A stretch of DNA of 59,726 bases, the filler included, from Sphacelaria rigidula (lineage: Eukaryota): the NCBI GenBank assembly GCA_964200075.2. It is 6 parts of 6 records of this genome, joined end to end, with 100 filler letters (N's around TTAATTAATTAA, not from the genome) between each part and the next. Parts side by side here need not be neighbours in the genome. Positions count along the whole stretch, not along the records: positions 29,916 to 39,786 come from CAXNAA020007586.1; positions 39,887 to 49,756 come from CAXNAA020007587.1; positions 49,857 to 59,726 come from CAXNAA020007588.1; 3 more parts are not named here. One strand, given 5' to 3'. The position numbers were made by a program, and so were the translations under genes. How positions within the stretch are numbered: the first letter of the stretch is position 1; the number at the start of each line of letters is the position of its first letter. This document shows positions 38,401-49,948 of this stretch, piece after piece. Under the pieces are notes generated by a model. That model was not told where the DNA came from. It ran no database searches and worked only from the letters and a program-made list of their open reading frames with translations.

Positions 38401-38468
38401 TCTCGTCCGGGTCTGTCCAATCTCGTCGGTAGTCCACAGGGCCCCGAGCGATTTCATGATCCAACCCA
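32445..38468 (-). CDS. Hypothetical multi-exon gene, 3' part; function unknown
   Basis: Phase-consistent GT-AG chain 38468-38391, 37053-36927, 34610-34557, 33884-33847, 33433-33343, 32960-32758, 32640-32445 (TAA). It reads GLDHEIARGPVDYRRDW...YLDEPSFDAVMKTSLGFLVEMSAF...VRIVPNKHSSAIRQVLIDFEEEAAAAH. No domain was recognised, and the last exons are weak. Confidence 0.45.
34073..34367. mobile_element. About 295-bp MITE (same family as 21841-22144)
   Basis: TIR CAACGTTTTCGTGAGATTGAGAGTAGAG / CTCTACTCTCAATCTCACGAAAACATTG followed by TA, which suggests a Tc1/mariner type. Confidence 0.8.
37935..38027. repeat. (CATG)n(CATA)n compound microsatellite
   Basis: About 4 CATG units followed by about 19 CATA units. 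Confidence 0.95.
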
Positions 38469-38792
38469 CTGAACAAGAACGCCTGAGGAAATACGAAACA
38501 ACCCCCCCCACCGCCACACCCAATAAAAGTTATCGAATAGATATCCATGTACAGCTCCTTTGCATCAGCGTACATACTAGCTCCATTTCGTAAGGGACTG
38601 CCCGCAGTACTTCACGAACTCCGCACGACGTGCGAGCTCCAGAAAAGCCGACGCGCACAAACATTCGCAGAAAAGGATGTACAGGCTACACATACTATGC
38701 TGGACGGTATACTTTGGAAGTGGATTTCGTGCACGAATGAAGAGCAGACAAGGTTGCAATATTATAAGAAGAAATAAATGAAAAAAGCACTA

Positions 38793-39394
38793 CGAGCTGG
38801 GCCAGCTGACGGCGATTTTTTTCATGTTTTCGGGCCAGGCGATCGGTAATTCGAAGAGTTGGGCGCTGAAATTTTGATACGACATATTTATCATGAACAC
38901 ACGCAACTTGTGAAAAGGTGCAAAGAAAAAACAACAACAGAAAGTTAGAGCTATTTGAAGTTTCGGCAAAAACAGAAAATATACGATAACTCCGTGAAAA
39001 TCAAGAAATACAGCAACACTTTCTCATACGTTGTGGACACTCACGCACAGGAGATCCTGGTGACATTTCGGCCGGAACTACCTCAAATTGGGCGCAGCTG
39101 GACACTCTTTGTGTGACACCGCTGCGCCCGTCTAGTCCAAGTGATTCAGGAAACTCCAGTTATGGAGGTCACGAGTTCGAATCCCGACATGCTCTCTATA
39201 TTTTCTCGGTCCGTCGCTAAGGTCATATGTGATACAGTACATTATTTTTCTATTTCTTTTTATTCAGCGACGGTGCTGTGCCTCACCAGGTTGTTCTGCA
39301 GTTCACAGCGATATGCTCAAGTCGGGCTGCTTTGGTCAGCTTCATACGTTGTGGTGTGAAAAGCAAATGCGGGACTTACTACTGAACCAGCTCG
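38793..39394. mobile_element. Second copy of the tRNA-cassette MITE
   Basis: TA|CGAGCTGG ... CCAGCTCG|TA (TA target duplication on both sides). Internal tRNA-like segment at about 39124-39195 with GAGTTCGAATCCC. Confidence 0.8.
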
Positions 39395-39668
39395 TATATC
39401 AATATGTGTGTGCGTTTTTTAATTCAAGAAAATCGCAAGTTTGAATAATAGTAAAATTCGACAGGAGAAGGACAGCTACAGAGGCTGATTAAGGGCGAAT
39501 GCCCAAAATTTATTCTCCGCGAGATACAGAACGCAATACTGACTCGACAGAAACATATTTGGTATCAGAGTGACCCCCACGAGCAAGCGAGCTGTGCGGC
39601 ATGGCCAGATTTTCTCTCGTGTCCTTTGCCGTGGTGCTGTTGGTACAAATACTTCTAGGCCGATCCCG

Positions 39669-39786
39669 GTCGCTCCGGTGGCTCAGTTGGTGACCTCGAA
39701 ACCTTCTGATGGTCGGGTCGTGGGTTCAATTATCGGAGCGATCTGGGATTTTTTCTCACACCATGCCCAACAGTGGAGAGCGGCTA
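39669..39786 (+). mobile_element. tRNA-derived SINE, 5' part (truncated by contig end)
   Basis: Aligns to 1015-1131, with an intact A box TGGCTCAGTTGG and a perfect 8-bp stem TCGCTCCG/CGGAGCGA. Confidence 0.85.
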
Positions 39787-39886
39787 NNNNNNNNNNNNNN
39801 NNNNNNNNNNNNNNNNNNNNNNNNNNNNNNTTAATTAATTAANNNNNNNNNNNNNNNNNNNNNNNNNNNNNNNNNNNNNNNNNNNN
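39787..39886. other. Artificial contig linker
   Basis: Same N44-TTAATTAATTAA-N44 structure. Confidence 0.98.
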
Positions 39887-40159
39887 GGTTCTGCGGTTTT
39901 CACATTTGTTTTCACAATTTTTCGCGATTCCCGGGTCTCCTATGCTTGACAGGGAAAAAGAGCGAAAAATTGTCATATTTCGACAGACCTACTTTTTCTC
40001 GGCCGCGATGCTGTACGGGTCAAGCACCCATGTTGTAGAAAGAGTGATGTTTCTACTTAAAAAAACGTCAACGAATGCAACCAAATAATCGAAAAACAAA
40101 TCGGACATCGTTAAGGGCTCGTACAAACATCACGATACAGACTTATGGGACAGAGGAAG
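39887..40159. mobile_element. Right half of a Stowaway-like MITE (truncated by contig start)
   Basis: Aligns to about 52000-52280 and ends GACTTATGGGACAGAGGAAG|TA. Confidence 0.8.
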
Positions 40160-40247
40160 TATTGGCCAACACCCAGTGCTTGCTTGATCCAAATGAACAA
40201 CAATTGAAAATTGAATTGGTACCGTGAATCTCCTCTTTATACGCCAG

Positions 40248-43200
40248 ATTACTGGTCTCGAGAACGGCACGGAGTACTATGTTCGCGTGTTTGCATACAA
40301 CGGCCCTGGAGGGGATAATTCAAGCACCAATTCCACGGGGGAATTCACCACGTACGGGGCACCTGCTGTTGCCGACCAGTTCCCGGTCACCACTGTAGAG
40401 CAGGTATGGATTTCAGGCGATATCGGCAAAACGGGAGAAATAAGCGAAACAGCAGACGACGTGAGAAGTTCGTGATATCTCCTTACGTTTGAACGTTTCG
40501 TGACATGCAATATTCCTCATGACATGAAACGTTCGAACCATCCACGGAGCTAGTACACGTGTTCGTGACGTAGAATTATCGTAAGATATTGCGGTCTGCG
40601 AATCTTTCCCGCAGATCTCCAACCGCAAGTATTCTAGGTTTCACCTCTGAACAAACTTTGCTCACGCTGAAGGTTCAGCTAGTGCCCGCAATGCCCACCT
40701 CGAAAACTCGGGCCCGCCCTGTTGATGACACGTTCTGGAACCAAAATGATACAGCTTTTGCCGCTTTATGGTTCATATGAGACATGCTATCTCTGACAGA
40801 GGGATCAATAATGAATATTCGAACAGCTTTTGGTCTCAGCTTCTCCTGATGACTGAGCCCTCTTATGTGGTAGTTTATCAGCTAAATTTCCAAACCTACA
40901 AACATGATCACCACCGCTCTCGCCTCTTTACTGGAGTACACAACTTCATGGTTTTCTCCGCCAGGTACCCTACAAACCGAACAATTTTACGGTCAGGGTT
41001 TCAACGGCCGCTTTTGCGACCCCAGAGGCACCTGGGGAAGTACCCGATCGGCTTGATATCAGTTGGAGCCGCCCGTCGTTGGACTCAGCAACTGCAATGT
41101 TCGAGACGGACGACGGTGGTAAGCCGGCACGACAGTAGCATGCTAATGTTAGCACCATTTAATAACACTCAATACATGCATGAGAATTGAACATTACGTG
41201 ACCGGGTACGGAGGTATGTGCTACTGACCCTAAGTTGCAAAACAGAGGTAGCGGTACTTCACACCACTGAATTCACCTCGCCAACAACCTCACGATTTGA
41301 TATTTTCTCGCTTGAAGGTTCCACAATTTCGTACTACCGCGTGGGGTGGGACATTCGCGCTGACTTCGCATCGTCCGGAACTTCGATCGAGGCATCAACC
41401 GCTGGGTCGTACGATGTGCGAACAATACGCAACAACGGCTCGAGCCTTCCGTGCCACGTGAGATACACACATTATATATTATGTAACTGTTTTCGATTCC
41501 TTGCACGATATCCCTCTGTCGCAGTTCAATGCTGACCCTATCTTGGATTGTGATGAGACAGCATAATGCTTGAACACATTTCTTTCCATTTTCCCGGCAA
41601 ATGTATGGCCTGAGCTTCTTGCGTGCGCGTCGAAAGCACGGTGTACATTACCAACAGAGTGGCCGTACTGCAGCATCCACTTCGTGTGTGACACAGTACG
41701 TGGCACCCCCTTGTCGCCCACGGACTGTTGAAACGACCCCCCTTGGTCAATCACAGCTCGTTTGCCACAATAGTAGCCCCGTAGAAGATACCTGGTTCAA
41801 AGCCACAACCAGTAGCTACAAAGTAGGGTATGTACTTCGGGAGCACCTCGTCAGATTCGTGGAGTACCGTTAATGCCGCCTGTTATTCGCCTTTATTACC
41901 AGACTTGATCGTCACTATTTGTTTTGCACTCACGATTCCCCCGTCGCAGTCAAGCAACTGCACGTTTGCCCTAGGCGCCGAGGTGCAAACGCTGGATATT
42001 TACTCAGGAGACACCAACGAATTAGCTTCGGGGGAGTATCGCCTACGGTACACAACCACGGCTGATGATGGAGTGGTATCCACGTCGACCTCAGAGTAAG
42101 TGCCTCGTTCGCAATTACTGTTCTCCTGTGATGTGTGCCCTGTGCTGCTTTTTCATAGAGTTGTGCATCACCAATGCATATGCATATCGATAGCAACTGA
42201 CGTTATATATATATATATATATATATGTATGAGGATGACGCGTGCAACGCAGGTCAATTGCCATTGTCAACTCGGCGTTTGGACGGAAATGTCCGTATGT
42301 CGGTAGAAGTATAGTACACATACATTTACCGAGGCACATATACAGTAAATAGGATCTCCTTATACCCTAACCAATGTTGATGTTATCGACGAAATTGACC
42401 GCAAAGCCACCACGAGCGAATCTCTGATCCGTGGGAAAACGCTTATTGGAAGGACACCCATCATCGATACATTCATCATAGTGTCATGTGTTTCAGCAAG
42501 ACGAGCGTAAACGATATTTGTTTGTCCCCAGATATTGAGATCCGTGCATCAAACGAATGCAAAAGATTGCCGCACGAAAAAAAGGAAAGCACGCCCTAGA
42601 AATGAAGACCGAAAAAAAACATCGACTCGAATGATGTGCGAAAGAGTCGGGTGTTTGGCTAAGAATGGAGAATTATCGCGGGTTTCTATGCCAACGTTGA
42701 GGCCCTTGCGCCGATATACATTGCAAGTGGACGGCACGATGGACAGCATAAGAATCACGAATGACGCCTGAAAGTACTGCTCTGGCACCGAGTGACATCC
42801 ATTTATTTACCATCCTGACCATTTGGAGCAGGCATCTCGAACTATTTTCCGCGCATATTTTCCGCCCAATAATGCGATCACTGCGACGAATTATAGCTCG
42901 AATCAACAGTAGGGATATATCAGATTCATATCACAGTCGATGACATAAATTAAACTTCTGGTGTCAAATTATGCCTGCTTATTCACCATCTGATTTGCTG
43001 TCGGAGCAGTTTAACGGCTCTTGTCGATAAAATGCTGCCGCTTTATCGATTTCACGATTTCTTCCGCAAGCGATCTCGTGTAAACTGCATGGACGAAGCC
43101 AACTGCTACCATATCTACTATCCTGAAAGAAACAACAAAGCTTGAGTCGTGTCCAACTTTCTGACACTTGAGCACGTCGCTGATTCAGCCAAATCTCGCT

Positions 43201-46200
43201 GCTGTTAGCTTCAAGTGTCCATATATCACCAACGGCTGCGGGTTTCGAGAAGCCAAGATGATCAATTTTGGCGCTTTGGTTCAGATTAATCCTCGGAACT
43301 ACTTCAGCGTGCTGGTTCAAATCGCGTGGTTGCAATATACTCGACAACGTTAGAACACGGACGCGCAGTATTATGTTGTTTTCTCTAGTCCAGTCGCCCC
43401 AAGCCAGGCACGAACTTGTGAATCCAAAGTGTATATCGTTGAATAATACATCCCGCAGTTGCCATTGCGATATCAGTCATGCTGCTGTCGCCATCGCGTG
43501 CATCCCACAGGGTACTTTCGGTTGCATAAACTTAATCTCTGAAACGGTTTAATTGCAAGAAGAAAGTCGCGGCGGGATTGTTTGCATGTTCAACATCACG
43601 CACGGTTGACATGTACCTTCGTAACGCAGTTATGGCAAGTATTACCCCATTCCACTCTTCGTACCTTTATTTCACATCCATACCGTGCACTGTGAGCGCG
43701 TGAAGAATTTAACGACAAGCTTGATGAAATCACGATGCATACGGTTGCGATAAACGATTCATCTCGCGTTCATGTCCTATTTTTTCACTATCAATTGCAC
43801 ATATGGTCAACCGTTCACGTGTTACAGTGCTCACCATCACCCGTACATCGACATTTGCCTAGGGTGGCGAAGAACCACAACACGCTTGACTCATGTGTCT
43901 GCTTCGTGCATCAGTTTAAAGGCATATCCTATCCTGTCAAAATGCCACTCTTCCCCTTAAAGTGCTCGGTGGGTAATATGTGCCACCGTCTATCGGTCGG
44001 CCTGTTTTGATGCACATTTTTCTACAGCAGAGGTTACGAACATTTGCAACCAACCGCCCAACCTGTGTCTACCGTGATTCGTTTGGATCGTGAATATATC
44101 CCGAAATTACAGGTGCTTATCCTATGATATTGATTACAACGTGCTGCGAGACGCTGTGGACGGGATTACGAATAGCAGTGTGGCCGTTGCCCGCGAGAGT
44201 ATATCCTCTCCAGGATACGGCTACCGCTATTGGGTGAGCTCTAAACGACAGCTTCAGACACCGATATCGCTGACCTTCTAACGAATTCCTGTCGCAAATG
44301 CCCACTGTGTGGCACGCGAGAGGAGCAGTCCGTGTCTCACGTAGGCTTGGGGTAGCTTCAAGGCTCGGGGTTCCAATGAAGCGCAACCTCGTCGTGCAGA
44401 GGAATCTCATCATCTAGTGCGATTGGTTTACATCTGCACGAGGATCAATCGAACGAGACTCGAGCAAAAAGTACTTAACGCATAGTGGTTGAATCATAAC
44501 ATAATCGCAATGGGTGGTCGGCTGGGGTTCCGGGTTTGTGCTCACGTAACGTTCACATTACAGCGGATTCATTTTGCGTGTGTTAACCTCGAAAAGAGTT
44601 CGTCAAGGCCGGGGGGGGGTCGACATTGCATGTTTTCAGTAACACCTTAGACGTACGCGTGCTATAGTCATGCCGTGCCCTCCACTATATTGCGTAAAAC
44701 TACAGGGCAGTCCCTCTGGCACCTGGTGCATGATAAAAATGAGATACAGACACAGCCTTGAAGGGGAGAAACCAACACCGCTCGCACAATCCGGGGCCGT
44801 GTCTTCACCGGGATACCCACGCCCCCTTTGCTGTCGTCGAATGACATAACGACAGATTACATTCCTTGGTGCCGGTGTAATCGGGGACGTGCCTGCGTTG
44901 GAAGTCGTGGACGACGTCGGTGACGACGGAAACTGTTCTGCCTGGTCTGTGATCACCAGCAGATCCAATGGGACCGTGGTCAACACCACAACTACCCAAC
45001 AACAAGCGGCAATATCCACTCAGGTGAGTCAGAAGCATTGCATCGTAGGCAGAATGGTTGAAACGCTCGGCTAACCGCGGACGTGGCATCGGAACAACGA
45101 ACCAGAACAGTATTCGGCATTTTGATTATGCAGAATTCCGGCTAGATACTTGCTATCGAGCGCTTCTGTGGGTCTTACCGACACCGAGATATTCGCTCGC
45201 AATTCTGCCCGAGTCGGACGACGCCACGTTGTGAAATGCTTTCAATTTGATTCGTTTTCGCAGTATCCCTTGGTCAAATTTGCAGCCCCTCCTCTTCCTC
45301 GGGACGAGTCCGTAGTTTTAGTTGACCAACCCATCTCTCCCGTGATGTTTTTTCTGACATTTTGATATCGCGGATCGGGTCAGCATTCCCAGACCGCGTC
45401 GACCTCGACCAGGTTTGGTTGCTACTTTTGTCGTCACGTGTAACAACGAAAACTAGATTCTACTTGAAAAACTCTGATCTGTTAGAGTTCAAACCCGCTT
45501 TCCGCAGTTGATGGCTCTTGATGTAACAGTTGAATAACCGGGAGGCGACGATACAATGATTGATATAACACTTGAATGCCAGCTTGCAACGTTGCACCGG
45601 TCGGAAGAGGAATGGTCGCATGAGTGCATGCGTACATCATTGGGGTACATCGGATAGCCCACATTTGGGCCGCCCGTTTGCCTTGCTCGTAAGTCAGGGA
45701 TTGGCATCGTACGGTGCCAAATGTGTCTCATTACCATAGACACGCGGTCGCACCCCGGTGTTGCACTAGTGCATCAACTCTGCAGTAGTTTGGAGCAGAT
45801 ACCACGGGTGTAAATCCCGGCAGTGGAGTCCTTCTAAAATATAGGGATATGAGTTCGCAGACCAGTACAAACATTGAACGTCGACGGATTGTGAATGCGC
45901 TCGTCAATGCTAAATACTGTAATGCTGTGCAAGGCAAATATCAGGGGAGAGTTGTTTCCCATCCAAGCCCCGAGCCAAGTATCAGCCGAGAGTGGCCTTC
46001 AATTCCTACAGTCTACGGACTTGTCCGGTGCAGGAGGGAGATTGAACGTTTTACGAAGGCATACATGTAATATACGTGGGTATTTGAGAGTAAGAATGGT
46101 ACCATTCGGCCATCACCAGAGACCACAAGAGCAGAACTATCACGTGATCTTCAAGTATTTTCTGCCGATATTACAGCCAATACGCTGTGTCCATGTGTTG

Positions 46201-49200
46201 AGATGATTGTATCCGTGCAGAACAATATTGCACGGATACAATCATTTCAACCTCCAGATGTAGAATATAATCACCGACAATAAGCTAGAGTCAAGTTTCG
46301 TTATGATTGGTGATTATCGCATAGGTTTGTGTGTGTATTTTTGCAATTCTGTTGTCAACCGAGAATGTGTACATTCAGAGATGTCACCCTTAATGTATGT
46401 TTTCCGTTCTAGGAACCAGAACACTTCCCTCGTCACCTTCGTCCGTACCGCATCGTGTGTTGCCGTGCAGCCCAATGTTTAGATGTAGGTTGAGAATCCC
46501 AACCTTCGGCCAATGGTACTGGTGAGCATAACATGGTACACCAAATAATGTACCATGTGTCCACAAAGTCACGAAATGTACGCAAGGTCTTCCCCAAACA
46601 GTTGCCGGTTAGCTGTACCGCCCGTGTGAAGTGGTATTCCTGTTCAACATAGCTGTAGGACAAACCTCGAGCTTCATGCCACCAGTGCAGGCAATTTCTG
46701 AAAGCAAAAATCTCGTCCAACGCAGATCGACGGTGGCTTTCTCTCACCGGGCACTCCATATTACTTGCGATTATCCGCAATAAACTCTGTTGGAGTTGGT
46801 GCGGCCCTCGGAGCCGACACCGAGGATACCTGTGGAGATGTCGTCGACGCTTGCTCGCCCAGAGCCCCCCCACCGCCGCCTACTGCTGCAAAGGTAGGCA
46901 CCACATGCAACCAAGGGGGTGATGGACCCCGCACTTTAGTGAGAATTGGGAGTATACTCGTAGCTGTTGTCGACTCTGTCTAAATAGAGCACCACTCGGT
47001 TTCAAAGCGCATAAGTATGCGTCGAAACACGAGGTCAACCGGCAGTATCTCTCTTACAAATGTCGGTAAGTAAGCTAGTTGTCTCAAGGTGGGCATGCGT
47101 AGTAGACAATGTATCAGTACTGAGGCTTCTTCTGACGAAGCAGCACCATGTAAACCCACGTCATGCAGAGTTGAAAAACACCGCTTCCCTGGTTCTGCGT
47201 GTTGCTGCAAACCACTGCTGCTTTGTCATTTCGTTAGTTACGACGCGAATTCAACCAACTACTTACATTATTGGTCAGCGTATACCCCTCACGAGGTCAC
47301 CATCTAAGATACTGCCCGAATAAGCAAATCTTGTTGTCGAAGAGTATCAGAGGAAAGATTTTGCACAGCTTGAATACGGACTACAAAGAAGCCGAGCCCG
47401 GGCGTGACTAAATGATGATGTTGTTCTATAAGCCGCTCGAGCACGTTCTTACTGTTCACAGCACAATCTGCGCTCTCATCTTTGTCAACTACACTACAAC
47501 GGTTTGGGCTTGTTGAACACCGCCTGCGTGGCGTTATTTTGCACTGTCCTGTATTCTGTCAACAGACGTTACCTGGCTGGAATATTTGCAACTACTGCAG
47601 TCTGGCCCGCGTTTGACAACGACTCAACAGCGTATCTTCCCTCAAATGTTTATCCTCAGGTATACGCGAATACCAGCGACTCGCTCTCCTTACTCGTGGC
47701 ATGGGATGCCCCCACAGATTACTACGGTGCAAATGTATCATCGTATATCGTTGAGTTCGCTCCATCCTCGGCTGGGTGGACACAACCCTACGTTAACTTC
47801 TCGGTGACGGTCGAAGATGCTTCAGGAGTCGCGGCCGGTGCTACGGTCGGAACAAGTGCATACGCAACAGTCGCTACTTTTGATGCTGACGATGTCGTTT
47901 GCGGCGAGCCCTGGGCAGTTCGAGTACGCGCAGTTAATGAAATGGGGGAGGGACCTCCCGAGTGGTATCCTACAGTGGTGGGTGGCACGTTTTCTACTAC
48001 TTCCACGTGAAATGTTGGTCATACATTTGGATAGCGTACATCAAGTTGATGATGATTTGTCGCGAAGGGTGGAAAAGGTTGAGACTAGAGACATTGAGGA
48101 GGAAGATTAATGTTCAAGCTTACAGAAAACAGCCACACTTTATAATGTATGCACCCATACATCATTTTCGCATGTAAACGCGTTGGTATAGCCGGGCATT
48201 GCCTTTATACTGTATACTACCGCTGTCGTGCTACCTACAGCGTTGAACAATGTTTCCGCTTAGTGACAGATCATCCCCAACTCGTAGTATTCACGATCTC
48301 GAGCTGCTGCACTCCCACATTTGCTCTCTCTCGCTCATGCCCCGATCGACACACCGTTTCCAGCAACTCACTACCTTGGTACTGTTTTTCAACAATTTCA
48401 CAGTGCTCAACGAATCCGAAGGATTTAATTTGATTGCTTGATTGTCGCACTTTAAATGACCCCCCAGGGGTCCAGCCGTGGTCTCATCATAGACGTACCC
48501 AATGAAAACGAAACTGAAACATGCTCTGAGAAAAAGAAAGGGCATCATTTATTGGTGCTAACTACCATGGTCAATTCGGCGTTGCACTTCTTTGTTGCCC
48601 ATGCACTCATCAATGGTCCGCCTGTGCTTGTAGGGTCTATCCGGCGTTAACGATGCCGTGCCAACGTGTCCCGTTGGGATAGAAGATTGCACCGAGGACA
48701 GCAACAGCACTATCATACCGAGAAGGGTGCCTCGACCTCCTAGCTTAGACGTCCCTTGGTCGATTGGTGCAGCGTCTCCCAATTCGTTTACGTCGAGCTC
48801 TCTACTGGTGGGTGTTCTTTCTAATATTGCAGGGTGAGGTTCCCATTTTGTGGTGTGATTCTGTTGCGGGGGTGAACTTCGGCTGGTTGTTACGCGTGTG
48901 ATTGGCGCGGCCGGTGTGAATTCAACTCGAAGAATACGACAACTGCGAACGAGCTGAGGACGTGAAGGCGTAGTTGCTGTGATGCCCCCTCTGCAATGGT
49001 ACGTTGTGATGAAGGCCACAAAACCCGTGAGCGCAGCTATCATCTGCCTCTCCCAAGTCCACACCAACATCGATAATCGTCCCTGTGTTGGATCCGTTAA
49101 TGTGTTTTTGTCATCATTCTCTCGCACCACAGGTGACGTTTGCGGCTGATTCCGCTGAAATTAACGCCACCACATCTTGTTCGGAGACGATTGTCACAAA

Positions 49201-49207
49201 GTTCAAG
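40248..49207 (+). CDS. Internal part of a large fibronectin type III repeat (titin-like), probably extracellular protein
   Basis: Ten in-phase GT-AG exons: 40248-40403, 40965-41118, 41318-41457, 41950-42095, 44113-44233, 44856-45023, 46726-46893, 47660-47977, 48634-48807, 49133-49207. FN3 motifs: ITGLENGTEYYVRVFAYN, LDISWSRP...DGGSTISYYRVGWD, LSPGTPYYLRLSAINSVGVG, LLVAWDAPTDYYGANVSSYIVEF, WAVRVRAVNEMGEG. Many N-x-S/T sequons. Confidence 0.9.
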
Positions 49208-49756
49208 GTAAGCCGTGCTCAAAGTGGTATTCTGAATGCCTGAGTGTTTCAATTTTTGTGTTTATTGCAGGTGGGAGGCGGCGAGATTGAACACTCACTG
49301 ATCAACGCTGGACGGCACTCCCTGTTTTCCCAACACTTGCGAAATGTAGTGATATTGGCTGAAGCCTACATACATGTCGACGATAACCTACGGTAAAGCG
49401 AGCAAACGAAATATTGATGCCTAATCTGCAAGTGCGTCAATGCTGGGCAATATCATGTGGGGATGTTGCTATGGTCTTCTATATTTAGTATACCCTTTGT
49501 TCTGCACTGCCCAACGAGCGGCATCAATTTCAGACGGATGGGGCATGACTTGAGTAGCATGCATATGTGGCAATTGTGATCGTATTAGGCAGTTACTGGA
49601 AGGTGTAAGTATGAACAGAAAATTGTGCGAATTGAGGTTTAACCCCGAGATGAGGTTCAAGCCTACAACAGTGCTTTCCCCACACTTTCAGCGATGGTGC
49701 CTAATGACGTTTTTGTTGGCCTAATGCCCCTCGATCGCGAAGATACTTTTTCAGCG

Positions 49757-49856
49757 NNNNNNNNNNNNNNNNNNNNNNNNNNNNNNNNNNNNNNNNNNNN
49801 TTAATTAATTAANNNNNNNNNNNNNNNNNNNNNNNNNNNNNNNNNNNNNNNNNNNN
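49757..49856. other. Artificial contig linker
   Basis: Same N44-TTAATTAATTAA-N44 structure. Confidence 0.98.
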
Positions 49857-49913
49857 TTCTTCTCTTTTTTTTTTTTTTTTTTTTGCTTTTTTTTTTTTTT
49901 TTTTTTTTTGTTG

Positions 49914-49946
<33 letters not shown>

Positions 49947-49948
<2 letters not shown>

